Shown here: piece by piece, positions 1-8,958 of the stretch
Position numbering within the stretch: the stretch's first letter is position 1
Layout: each line of letters begins with the position of its first letter
NCBI GenBank assembly: GCA_050010755.1
Contig: JBEKKK010000001.1
Span: 1,152,001 to 1,216,000 of the forward strand
Origin: Candidatus Bathyarchaeia archaeon
Lineage (GTDB): Archaea > Thermoproteota > Bathyarchaeia > Bathyarchaeales > Bathycorpusculaceae
Length of the DNA stretch: 64,000 nt
Direction of reading: 5' to 3'
Translations under genes and position numbers: made by a program
Notes under the pieces: model-generated
The model's input: only the letters and a program-made list of their open reading frames with translations
What the model was told of the DNA's origin: nothing
Database searches by the model: none

Positions 1-569
1 GGGTGTGCGGCGATTATCAAGGCCACGTTCTTCTTCATCCTCAAGTTGCCAATTCTCTTAACCTTGCCCGTGGGAGTGAACGTTGTAGACGCTCCCCATG
101 GCGTTGTGCTTGATGCCTGAATCCCCGTGTTGGCGTATGATTCGTTATCGTACAACACGTACAGGAACCTCTTGTAATCGTAACTCATGGCCATGGACAA
201 ACCTGAGAACCCAATGTCGCCCGTCCCGCCGTCCCCCCCGTACACAACGACGTTAACTTTCTCCTTCTTCCTCTTCCCCTTCATCATCAGACTTCTGAAC
301 GCCGCCGCTGTGCCCACGCCCGCCGCTCCCCCAGCGCCGAGTTGGGTGTGATACCAGGGAACGGAATATGGCGAGGAAAGGAATTGATGGCCGTTCGCCA
401 CGTACATGCATCCGGTCGGGCCGAGAATCACCGTTTTTGGACCCGCCGCCTTGAGCAGCAGACGGTAGCCCAAGGCTGCTCCGCATCCAGCGCACGTTCT
501 GTGGCCACTCGTGTACAAGTCTGCTGAAGGGACGTCTCTGATGGTTCTGATAATAGGTCGTTCGCTCAT
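1..569 (-). CDS. 2-oxoacid:ferredoxin oxidoreductase beta (TPP-binding) subunit, oxalate oxidoreductase-like; runs off the window edge
   Basis: Not in the ORF track. Manual translation from ATG 569: MSERPIIRTIRDVPSADLYTSGHRTCAGCG...GPTGCMYVAN...GDGGTGDIG...YDNESYANTGIQ (CxGC, GDG..N TPP motif). ATGA overlap with the alpha-subunit stop. Confidence 0.9.
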   Translation of the reverse strand, partial: MSERPIIRTIRDVPSADLYTSGHRTCAGCGAALGYRLLLKAAGPKTVILGPTGCMYVANGHQFLSSPYSVPWYHTQLGAGGAAGVGTAAAFRSLMMKGKRKKEKVNVVVYGGDGGTGDIGFSGLSMAMSYDYKRFLYVLYDNESYANTGIQASSTTPWGASTTFTPTGKVKRIGNLRMKKNVALIIAAH

Positions 570-1816
570 TGATTCTCACCTCTCAGTGTGGGCCACCACA
601 CGTGTTTCTCAACTACTCCCTTTCGTGAGCCTTTCTGCAGCAACATGACGGCCTGTTCAAAATGCTCGACCGAAGGCTCTCTTCCGCCGACGAACATGAA
701 GTCCAACAGCAGCGGCCGTGACCTGCTCTCATACAGGGCTGATTTGACCTCGTTAAACAACACACTGGAGGAGTCGGCAGAGCCAAAAGAATATGAAAAG
801 TCAACAATTCCTACAGCCTTGACTTTCCCCAATGCTTCAACAAGCTCCTTCCATGGAAAGGGCCTGAAATAACGGATCCTGATGACGCCGACCTTGAGGC
901 CTCCTTGTCGAAGCTTCGTTGCAACGTGCACCGCGTCTTTAGCGTATGCCCCCATGGTCACAAGCGCTATTTCCGCATCGTCCATGTACTTTTCCTCGAT
1001 GAATGGTGGATATTTTCTTCCGACGAAAGCTGCATAATCTCTCCACGCCTCTTGAATAACTTCCATTGCATGCGTCATCGCGTTATCAACTACCTTCCGA
1101 AGCTCGGGACCTATAAGAGATGGAGCTATGTGCTGTGCCTTAGTTACAGGTCCATAGGCAGGATCCAGCGGGTACTGAGGCTTGTACGGCGGGAGAAACC
1201 TCGCAACTCTCTCCCTGGATGGCGGCTCGACTGGAGCGGATATGTGTGTTATCGCTGCGCCGTCTACTGCCACGAAGCTCGGCAGGAGCACCCTACGGTT
1301 TTCAGAGACTCTGTACGCGGCTAGAACCATGTCCAGGGCTTCTTGAGGATCCTTGGCCCATGACATCAGCCAGCCGCTGTCCCTGAAAGTGAGCACGTCG
1401 TTCCATTCCATTCCGAAGTTGCCAGGATCATCAAGGGCCCTGCAGCCGGCCATGGCGACGACAGGCAGTTGCCCCATTGCCGTTACGATGATGGGTTCTG
1501 CCGCGTATGCAAGGCCCACACCTGAGCTTCCCACGAAGGTTCTGGCCCCGACCGCAGAAGCGTGTTTGGCTATTTCAAACTGTGAGTGTTCAGAGTCTGC
1601 ACCTATTATCTCGGCAGCAAACTCTCCGTCTGCCAGCATTTTGGCCAGAGAATTCATGACCCCCGTATACGGTCTAATCGGGTATGCAGCTATGACGTCA
1701 ACGTCCGCAAGCTTAACGGCTTCAGCAATCGCCCTCGTCCCAGTCCACATGAATCTCTTTGGCAGCGTTCTGACAACAGATTTTGGAGCGGTCTTCGGCT
1801 TGCTCAATACTTTCAC
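566..1816 (-). CDS. 2-oxoacid:ferredoxin oxidoreductase alpha subunit, oxalate oxidoreductase-like
   Basis: YPIRPY (instead of YPITP), SEH, SSGVG, FRPFP motifs. Confidence 0.9.
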   Translation of the reverse strand: MKVLSKPKTAPKSVVRTLPKRFMWTGTRAIAEAVKLADVDVIAAYPIRPYTGVMNSLAKMLADGEFAAEIIGADSEHSQFEIAKHASAVGARTFVGSSGVGLAYAAEPIIVTAMGQLPVVAMAGCRALDDPGNFGMEWNDVLTFRDSGWLMSWAKDPQEALDMVLAAYRVSENRRVLLPSFVAVDGAAITHISAPVEPPSRERVARFLPPYKPQYPLDPAYGPVTKAQHIAPSLIGPELRKVVDNAMTHAMEVIQEAWRDYAAFVGRKYPPFIEEKYMDDAEIALVTMGAYAKDAVHVATKLRQGGLKVGVIRIRYFRPFPWKELVEALGKVKAVGIVDFSYSFGSADSSSVLFNEVKSALYESRSRPLLLDFMFVGGREPSVEHFEQAVMLLQKGSRKGVVEKHVWWPTLRGENQ

Positions 1817-1819
1817 CGT

Positions 1820-2977
1820 CTAATAACCATATTCAACGAGCGCATCCTCAATCGCGGTTATCTCCTTCTCATTCAGCCCTTCTTCCGCCAGAAGTTCACT
1901 CATCATGCTAATCGCTTTCGAGGGGCAAATCCGCGCGCATATGCCGCAGCCCTTGCAATAATTCAAATCTATCACGATGCGCTTGGAGTCGATTGCACCA
2001 TCTGGACAGTAGAGAGAACACATCTTACAGTCGGTGCATTTGCTCTTATCTATGGTCGGCCTTAGGAATCTGGCGAATGAGGTCGTGAACCCGACGTTCT
2101 TCTTGTTCTTGGAAGGGCCGAATTCAATCAGGCCAGGAGACAAAGCCTGCCACGACGGTATCGCTTTTATTCTCTCCGCGTAGGACAATGCATCGGCCGC
2201 GGCCTTTTGGTACCTTCGGTACGTTTCTAAATCCCACATTCCTTCGGATTTGCAGGACGATTTTGACTTCCTCTTCTGAGCCATCAGCGTTTCTTTCGCA
2301 GTGATTCTGACCTCAACCGGATCCACATCAGAATAGACTCTTTTCACCAAACCAGTCTTATCTCCATCGCCCGCAGAATCGAGTGCATCCAGCAAATCGT
2401 CGACGCTCACTACATTCCAAGCCTTTGCTAACGCGGCTAACAAGGGAAACGCGATGTTAGTATCGTACTCTTTCGCCCTTATCGTAACCAGCTTTCCGCA
2501 CCAGTCCTGCGCGAGGCACCTCTTCTTAACCAACCTCACGACATCATTCGAGGACAACGACGTGTTAACAACGAGAACAGCGTCTTTCTTCGCGCCGTCG
2601 AACAGCAAAGCCCTCTGCGAAGTCTGGCTGACGAGTATGGTGGGTTCCATGACGACTATGGCGCTGAAAATCTCTCCAACAGGCTCAACCTCCTCGTGCA
2701 GAGTGACATCAATCTTGGGATTACCAATGACAGTGTAAAAGATCATGGGTATGTTATCCCGTTCGGGAGAGTCATCATACCTCATATAATAGTAAGATTC
2801 TCGCCCCGAGACCACGCCTGCAGTTGCCAAGATGCGAGCGAAAGCCGCTGCATGACCAGTGTTTAGCACTCCTCTGCCATGAATGATGACCCAATTCAAC
2901 TGGTCATATTCTGGTATCACGCTTTTCACATCCAGCTCCATGCTGCCGCAATCTAATAAGCCTAGTGTCGGCTTCAC
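1820..2977 (-). CDS. 2-oxoacid:ferredoxin oxidoreductase fused gamma/delta subunit (2x[4Fe-4S])
   Basis: N-terminal domain III (HGRG..LVVNT); C-terminal CTDCKMCSLYCP and CKGCGICARICP. Alternative start ATG 2941. Confidence 0.85.
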   Translation of the reverse strand: MKPTLGLLDCGSMELDVKSVIPEYDQLNWVIIHGRGVLNTGHAAAFARILATAGVVSGRESYYYMRYDDSPERDNIPMIFYTVIGNPKIDVTLHEEVEPVGEIFSAIVVMEPTILVSQTSQRALLFDGAKKDAVLVVNTSLSSNDVVRLVKKRCLAQDWCGKLVTIRAKEYDTNIAFPLLAALAKAWNVVSVDDLLDALDSAGDGDKTGLVKRVYSDVDPVEVRITAKETLMAQKRKSKSSCKSEGMWDLETYRRYQKAAADALSYAERIKAIPSWQALSPGLIEFGPSKNKKNVGFTTSFARFLRPTIDKSKCTDCKMCSLYCPDGAIDSKRIVIDLNYCKGCGICARICPSKAISMMSELLAEEGLNEKEITAIEDALVEYGY

Positions 2978-3159
2978 GATTTTTTTCTCACAACGGTTCT
3001 CGCCCTTCTTGCTGGAAGCTTGTGTTGAAATTCTGGATTTGTGTATGATTACTCACGCGTGTGCCTGTTCGATAATTCTGAGTGCCACGTTTTTGATTGC
3101 CTTGGCTTGGTGGCAAGGGGTTGCCCGTGGCTATTCGGAAGAAACCTGCGGCTCGTCCC

Positions 3160-3238
3160 GTCGACCCCCCTCCCCTTTTTTTCTTTACGTCTGTTGTAAT
3201 GTTGCTTTGTAATGTGTGAGCGTAAATTTCCATGTTGG
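3160..3238 (-). repeat. Dispersed intergenic repeat, copy A
   Basis: Minus strand ccaacatggaaatttacgctcacacattacaaagcaacattacaacagacgtaaagaaaaaaaggggaggggggtcgac aligns with 57549-57627 (+). Confidence 0.8.
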
Positions 3239-3371
3239 GTGGTGATTAGTGTTCTGAAAATTGCTCAAATAACTGATTTCTCCTTTGCGGGTCGGAGGGG
3301 ACAAAAAATCGTCTTTGCGTGGGCGTGTCTTTTGTAAAAATGCCGTTAGTGGACGCGGTGTTTCTTGCTGG

Positions 3372-4130
3372 TTAGGTGTGAAGACTGGAGTCGTAGGGCG
3401 CTTTGACGTAGGTGATGACTTCGACTGGGCATTCGCCTGAGAGTTTCAGTGTTTTCTTCCAATCTTCTCCGACGGCTATGAGTAGGAAGACTCCTGACAT
3501 TTCGGCTTTGGCTTTCTTGACGAGGTTGACGAGTGCGGCTTGGGTTTCTCCGCTTTTTATCATGTCGTCTACGACGAGTACGCTGTCGCGTTTTTTGATG
3601 GCTTCTTTCGGGATGTAGATTGTGGAGGTGACACCTGAGCCTTTGAGGAGAACGTAGGTTTCTTCGAGGAAGGCTTTGACGCCAACTTCTTTGGATTTTT
3701 TCGCGACAACGAGGTTGACGCCGAGGGCGTTTGCTACCATGGTTGCGAGGGGCACGCCGTCCACCGCGGCTGACAGCACTTTTGTTACCCGTTTCCCAGC
3801 AAAGTTTGCGAGGGCGTGGTTGGCAGCCTGTTGCAGGATGTTGTAGTCGCCTATGATTTCGGTGTTATCAAAGTATCCGTCTTCGTCGAACCTAATTCTG
3901 CTGCGTAGTTCCGGTTCAAGACCGACGAGTCGTGTGAGAACTTTCCAGAGCTGCTTCGCCCGCGCCGTGTTGGGCAGAACGTGGCCCTTGGCGTACCTGC
4001 TGAGGACTGTTACTGGCAGGCCAGTTTTTGACGCCAATTCACGATAAGTTATGTTTCGTTTGTACTTGGCAGTTCTGAGAAGCTCGATGGTCATCAACCG
4101 AAGCTTCAAATCCTCTGCGTGCGTGCTCAC
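3372..4130 (-). CDS. HTH-phosphoribosyltransferase fusion (PurR-like purine regulator)
   Basis: N-terminal HTH (TYRELASKTGLPVTVLSRY) plus PRPP-binding VLVVDDMIKSGET. Confidence 0.85.
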   Translation of the reverse strand: MSTHAEDLKLRLMTIELLRTAKYKRNITYRELASKTGLPVTVLSRYAKGHVLPNTARAKQLWKVLTRLVGLEPELRSRIRFDEDGYFDNTEIIGDYNILQQAANHALANFAGKRVTKVLSAAVDGVPLATMVANALGVNLVVAKKSKEVGVKAFLEETYVLLKGSGVTSTIYIPKEAIKKRDSVLVVDDMIKSGETQAALVNLVKKAKAEMSGVFLLIAVGEDWKKTLKLSGECPVEVITYVKAPYDSSLHT

Positions 4131-4300
4131 GACAATAACCTCATTTACACTGATAAGTCAAACCGTAGCGTGTTCCTCTTCTTTTATTGCTTTTACGATA
4201 TATACTTTGCTGGGTCAGAAGAGCAGGTTGAAAACAGAAGTGTCGCTGAAACTTTTTTCTTTTGATTGCTGCGAAGAATGGCAGGGAGTTCCAGCCGAGA

Positions 4301-4630
4301 CTACCTCTTGAGCTCGCCATCGAGCCATTCGAGGTATTCTTTGCTTCCAGCAACGATGGGCACAGCGGTTATTTCAGGAGTCTCGTAAGGGTGTATTTCC
4401 TTGAGGTTTTTCTCAAGATCCTTGTAGAGACTCTTTTCGCTCTTGATAAGACACAGCCATTCTTCAACTGTCTCTTTTCTGTTCTTCCACCGGTACGTAC
4501 TTTGTATCGGGCCGATTATTTGGACACAGCCTGCGAGTCTCTTCTCTACCAAGATCTGCGCCACTTTTTCAGCATCCTCCCGTTTTTCGGTGGTCGTGAA
4601 TACATGAATGTACTTTTTCAATTTCGCCAC
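4301..4630 (-). CDS. cutA: Divalent-cation tolerance protein CutA
   Basis: LVEKRLAGCVQI, S.YRW, HPYETPEI. Confidence 0.95.
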   Translation of the reverse strand: MAKLKKYIHVFTTTEKREDAEKVAQILVEKRLAGCVQIIGPIQSTYRWKNRKETVEEWLCLIKSEKSLYKDLEKNLKEIHPYETPEITAVPIVAGSKEYLEWLDGELKR

Positions 4631-4764
4631 ATCGTTTTTTGTTTCGTCGACTCTGCTTGGTTCAATGAAGCTCTTGAGGTTTTTGGCTGTGAATGAGAAC
4701 CTTTAGCAGAAACGTATTATATTCTTAGTATGATATTTTCATGCGCATTAGTCTGGGGTAGGTT

Positions 4765-6555
4765 ATGCAATTTACAACTAGACCGGTTTTGATGGGAACT
4801 AATGGCATGGTAACTTCGACGCATTACCTTGCTTCTCAGGCTGGATTCTGCTGCCTCAAGCGGGGAGGTAACGCTGTTGACGCCGGGGCCACGATGTGGT
4901 TCTGTCTGACAATCCTCGAACCCCATTTGGTTGGCGTAGCAGGAGAATCGCCCATCCTGACATATTTGGCCGAAGAAGAGAGAGTGATCGCGGTCAATGG
5001 TCAAGGTCCAGCGCCGAAAGCAGCCACAATAGACTGGTTCAAGGATCACGGCTATGATCTGATTCCACCAGACGGTTTCTTACCAGCTGTCGTCCCCAGC
5101 GCGTTCGACACTTGGGTCAAAGCCTTGGGCAAGTTTGGGACGATGACGCTCGAGGAGGTTCTGGAACCTGCAATAGAGTTAGCTGGCAAAGGCTTCCCAA
5201 TGTATCCGGAGCTAAGAAGAAGCTTAACTGAACCCAACCAACAAGTCGGCTATTCCACAAACGGCAGCAGCATGAAATCACATCAGATGAGCGTCGCGGA
5301 AAGATTCCTTAGAGAGTGGCGTTCTTCAGCCGAGACTTGCCTCGTTGATGGACAGGTCCCTCATGTTGGAGGGGTCATGTGCAATCCCGATTGGGCTCGC
5401 ACCTTTGAGGAAGTCATGAAAGTCGAAAAGAAAGCGCAGATAAACGGACGCGAGGCAGGTCTGCAGGCAGCCCGAGACTATTTCTACTTGGGTCCCATCG
5501 CCCAGAAAATAATCAAATTTATGCAGACGTTCGAGTGCCGAGACATCTACGGCCAAGAACATCACGGCCTGCTCAGTCGTGAGGATTTGGCGGAGTACAG
5601 TGCGCGTTTCGAAGAGCCAGTCACTGTCCAATACCGCGGGTATGATGTTTACAAGTGTGGACCTTGGACACAGGGTCCCGTGCTGCTAGAACATCTGAAC
5701 CTGCTGGAAGGTTTTGATCTTCGACGGATGGGTCACAACACAGCGAACTATCTTCACACGTGGGTTGAGTGCGCCAAACTTGCGTTCGCCGACCGGGAAC
5801 AATATTACGCTGACCCTGACTTTGTCAAAGTTCCCTTAGACAGACTTCTTTCAAAAGATTACGCCGACCATCGACGCGCGCTTGTTGACTCAGATCGTGC
5901 ATCTATGGAGCTGAGGCCGGGCGGAACAGCGCCTGCCAAACTGAAATCCAGAAGGGTAGGGCAGTCAGAGGGTGACACGGTGCATTTGGAGGCTGTGGAC
6001 AGGTTTGGAAACATGATTTCAGCAACGCCCAGTGGCGGCTGGATTTCTACTTCGCCTATAATACCCGGTTTGGGATTCTGTATGAACACTCGGGCTCAAA
6101 TGTTTCATCTTGATCCTAGCCACGTGGAAAGGCTGGAACCAAGTAAAAAGCCGAGCACTACTCTAAGCCCCAGTCTGGTGATGAAAGAAGAGGAGCCTTA
6201 CTTGTCCTTCGGCACTCCTGGAGCAGATCAGCAAGACCAATGGACGCTACAGTTCTTCCTGAATCACGTGGACTTTGGGATGGACATACAGCTCGCCTTG
6301 GACAAGCCGACTGTTCATTCAACTCACTTTCCTGGCTCCTTCTGGCCTCACGCAGCTCACCCTGGAGTCGTGCACGCGGAGACAGGCATACCAGATGAGG
6401 TGATTCTCGAACTCAAGAAGAAGGGGCACAAAGTCGTCGTGGACGAGCCGTGGAGCCATGGGCGCTGCTTGGCCATTCAGTACGACGTCAAAACAGGGCT
6501 AATGTCCGGCGGGGCGTCGCCTCGAGGTATGAAAGCCTACGCGATAGGATGGTAG
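4765..6555 (+). CDS. Gamma-glutamyltransferase-family Ntn hydrolase (non-canonical)
   Basis: GGNAVDA, autocleavage Thr in GDTVH, VDRFGN, GTPG oxyanion loop. Confidence 0.9.
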   Translation: MQFTTRPVLMGTNGMVTSTHYLASQAGFCCLKRGGNAVDAGATMWFCLTILEPHLVGVAGESPILTYLAEEERVIAVNGQGPAPKAATIDWFKDHGYDLIPPDGFLPAVVPSAFDTWVKALGKFGTMTLEEVLEPAIELAGKGFPMYPELRRSLTEPNQQVGYSTNGSSMKSHQMSVAERFLREWRSSAETCLVDGQVPHVGGVMCNPDWARTFEEVMKVEKKAQINGREAGLQAARDYFYLGPIAQKIIKFMQTFECRDIYGQEHHGLLSREDLAEYSARFEEPVTVQYRGYDVYKCGPWTQGPVLLEHLNLLEGFDLRRMGHNTANYLHTWVECAKLAFADREQYYADPDFVKVPLDRLLSKDYADHRRALVDSDRASMELRPGGTAPAKLKSRRVGQSEGDTVHLEAVDRFGNMISATPSGGWISTSPIIPGLGFCMNTRAQMFHLDPSHVERLEPSKKPSTTLSPSLVMKEEEPYLSFGTPGADQQDQWTLQFFLNHVDFGMDIQLALDKPTVHSTHFPGSFWPHAAHPGVVHAETGIPDEVILELKKKGHKVVVDEPWSHGRCLAIQYDVKTGLMSGGASPRGMKAYAIGW

Positions 6556-6588
6556 ATGGTATTTCAATGGTAACGCCACTATTCGCCG

Positions 6589-7279
6589 TCAGCGAAGATG
6601 AACATCACATTTTTCTCTTCGGCATTCCTTGCCCAACCTGAGCAGCGCAGTCTCAAAGTGCACGAAGGTCAGTCTCGGAACACGGTGTTTTGCCCAAAAA
6701 ACCTTCAGCTGTCCCAAAGCTTTTTCACGTTCTAGACTCTCTTCCAAGATTCCGAGTCTTTCGCCAGCCAGGAGTTCAAGGCTCGTCGGATAAGGGTCAG
6801 CCTTCTCCCAGATGCCCCGCAACTCTCTCAGAAAAATGATCACCGTTACATCCCCGACCCCCTTTCCCAAGTTCTTCAGCCTTTTCTCCAAATCACGAGC
6901 GTCAGAAGCCACGCTCTCAATGCGAGTCAAACTTTCACCATACGCCTCTACGAGATTGTTCGCTACCTCCAAAAGTTTGTCCGCAGTCTTGTAGTCATAC
7001 CGCGTGTAACCTCCCTCATCCAGAATCGCTACCAGCCTCTTTCCAACCAGCATCAACAATCCTCCTCGGAGTCAAAACTCCGTGCCGCTCAAAACAATGA
7101 AAGGTTTTGATCGCCGCGGACTCGGTTATCGGAGCCCCGAACAAAAGCGAAGCCAAGAACCACTTAAAAATCTCCGCATCACCTCCATCAGCTAGCCTTA
7201 TGCCCATAACCTCAGAATACCTTCGCCCATAAGTTTCGACAAACTCTTTCAAACCGACAGTTTTCACAAGCCTTTTCAC
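6589..7279 (-). pseudogene. HhH-GPD/endonuclease III-like protein split by a +1 frameshift near 7040
   Basis: FKWFLASLLFGAPI...RRIVDAGW continues as (K)RLVAILDEGGYTRYD...KGVGDVTV in another frame; one extra A in TGGAAAGAGG. Confidence 0.7.
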
Positions 7280-7333
7280 TCCCCCAACAAGCCTTATACA
7301 CGCAGAGCATAAACGGTTTACGAGGAAGAAAAC

Positions 7334-8359
7334 ATGCCAACGATAGAATGGCGCAACGGCATCGTGCAAACGATTGACCAGACAAAACTTCCCAACGAAG
7401 AAGTATCCATCACCATGAAAAACTGCCTAGACGTGGCTGACGCTATAAAAACTATGAAAATAAGAGGCGCACCCCTGCTCGGAGCAGCCGCTGCCCTCGC
7501 CCTCGCACTGACAGCCTTCCACGCGAACGCGAAAACCAAAAAACAACTCATCAAAGAACTGGAAAAAGCCGCAGAAACCATAAGGGCAACAAGACCCACC
7601 GCGGTCAACCTGTTCTGGGCCCTCGACAGGATACTCGACAAAGCCAAAGCGGCTCAGGGCACCGCAGACGAAGTCGCCGCGCTCGTCGTGGAAGAGGCAA
7701 ACAGAATCGCTGAAGAAGACGTCGCGACAAACCGTCTCATAGGCAAGCATGGCGCAAAACTCATCCATGACGGAGACGCTGTGATGACGCACTGTAACGC
7801 TGGCGCACTGGCCACAGTAGATTTTGGCACAGCTCTGGGCGTACTGAGAGCCGCGTGGGAGCAGGGAAAAAGGTTCAAGGTTTTTGCTGACGAGACTCGC
7901 CCGCTATTGCAGGGGGCGAGACTCACGGCGTATGAGCTTAAACGTGCAGGGATACCGGTCACGTTGATCACGGACAGTATGGCCGGCTACGTTATGAGCA
8001 AGCGCATGGTAAACAAGGTAATCGTTGGAGCAGATCGCATCGTCCGAGATGCTGTCATCAACAAAATCGGCACCTTCACTGTGGCCGTCTTGGCCAAGGT
8101 ACACAGAATCCCCTTCTACGTTGCTGCACCCAAGTCCACTTTCGACGAAGCGCACATGGCCCGACAGGTTGTCATCGAAGAACGGAAACCTGAGGAAGTC
8201 ACGCATATCGGCAAGCAGCGCATCGCCCCCGAAGGAATAGAAGTTTTGAACCCGGCCTTCGATGTTACACCGTTGAAGTACGTGTCCGCTATCATCTGCG
8301 AAACCGGAATCCTGCGCGGAAGAGATTTGAAACGGCTTGAGGCTAATCGCTATAAGTGA
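7334..8359 (+). CDS. mtnA: Methylthioribose-1-phosphate isomerase
   Basis: DQTKLP, IRGAP, TRPTAVNL, THCNAG, ETRPLLQG, NKIGT, NPAFDVTP. Confidence 0.92.
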   Translation: MPTIEWRNGIVQTIDQTKLPNEEVSITMKNCLDVADAIKTMKIRGAPLLGAAAALALALTAFHANAKTKKQLIKELEKAAETIRATRPTAVNLFWALDRILDKAKAAQGTADEVAALVVEEANRIAEEDVATNRLIGKHGAKLIHDGDAVMTHCNAGALATVDFGTALGVLRAAWEQGKRFKVFADETRPLLQGARLTAYELKRAGIPVTLITDSMAGYVMSKRMVNKVIVGADRIVRDAVINKIGTFTVAVLAKVHRIPFYVAAPKSTFDEAHMARQVVIEERKPEEVTHIGKQRIAPEGIEVLNPAFDVTPLKYVSAIICETGILRGRDLKRLEANRYK

Positions 8360-8391
8360 AAACGCCGTTATGCATGCTGAGATGCGTTCAG

Positions 8392-8943
8392 ATGAGCAAG
8401 AACGAAGAAAAGGCACCCTCAGAACTCCGCGCCAAGGGTCTGCTAGCAAGAGATGGCGTGAAAGTTCCAGAAAAACGGTTCGTGGACGAGCTTTCCCAAA
8501 GAGGCTACGGCGTGCCTGGAAAGAAGAGTTTTCTCCTCACGTTCTACGAGGCGCTCTACCTCGTGGACAAGGCGATGCTCGAAGTTAAGGATGAGAACGG
8601 CGAAGAAGCCGGTTTTCAGAGACTGCTTCAATGCTACGAAAGTGCAAACGAGAACGCGTGGGCTTCCTACCTGGTCTTCCGCGACCTGAGAAGCAGGGGT
8701 TACGTGGTTCGTGAGGGTTTCGGCCAAGGCGTGGATTTCCGCGTCTACGAGCGCGGGGACTATAGTAAGGACACGGCCAAGTACCTGATAGTGAGTGTTC
8801 AAGAAGGCAAGCCTATTGGAGTTGAAAGCCTTAGCCGCGCGTTGAAGCAGAGCCTCAGCCTCAAGAAAGAACTCATCCTGGCCGTCATGAACCGCAGAGG
8901 AGAAATAGTTTACTACTCCGTCTCAGAACTAAACCTGAAATAA
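8392..8943 (+). CDS. endA: tRNA-splicing endonuclease subunit (probably structural beta subunit)
   Basis: EALYL, YLVFRDLRSRGYVV, DFRVYERG. The catalytic His position reads T (KDTAKYL). Start taken as ATG 8392. Confidence 0.85.
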   Translation: MSKNEEKAPSELRAKGLLARDGVKVPEKRFVDELSQRGYGVPGKKSFLLTFYEALYLVDKAMLEVKDENGEEAGFQRLLQCYESANENAWASYLVFRDLRSRGYVVREGFGQGVDFRVYERGDYSKDTAKYLIVSVQEGKPIGVESLSRALKQSLSLKKELILAVMNRRGEIVYYSVSELNLK

Positions 8944-8958
8944 GAGCAGGGAACAGGC

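Noticed and set aside
253-579. 108-aa minus-strand ORF in the track
   Set aside because: Wrong frame. The real gene is the oxidoreductase beta subunit starting at 569.
2988-3233. 81-aa ORF and the similar 122-aa ORF at 57486-57854 as a protein family
   Set aside because: Similarity is limited to the DNA repeat and the frames differ upstream of it, so I treat it as a non-coding repeat.
3160-3238. Origin recognition box (tggaaa plus G-string)
   Set aside because: Spacing does not fit the TCCAxTGGAAA ORB consensus, and there is no orc1/cdc6 nearby.
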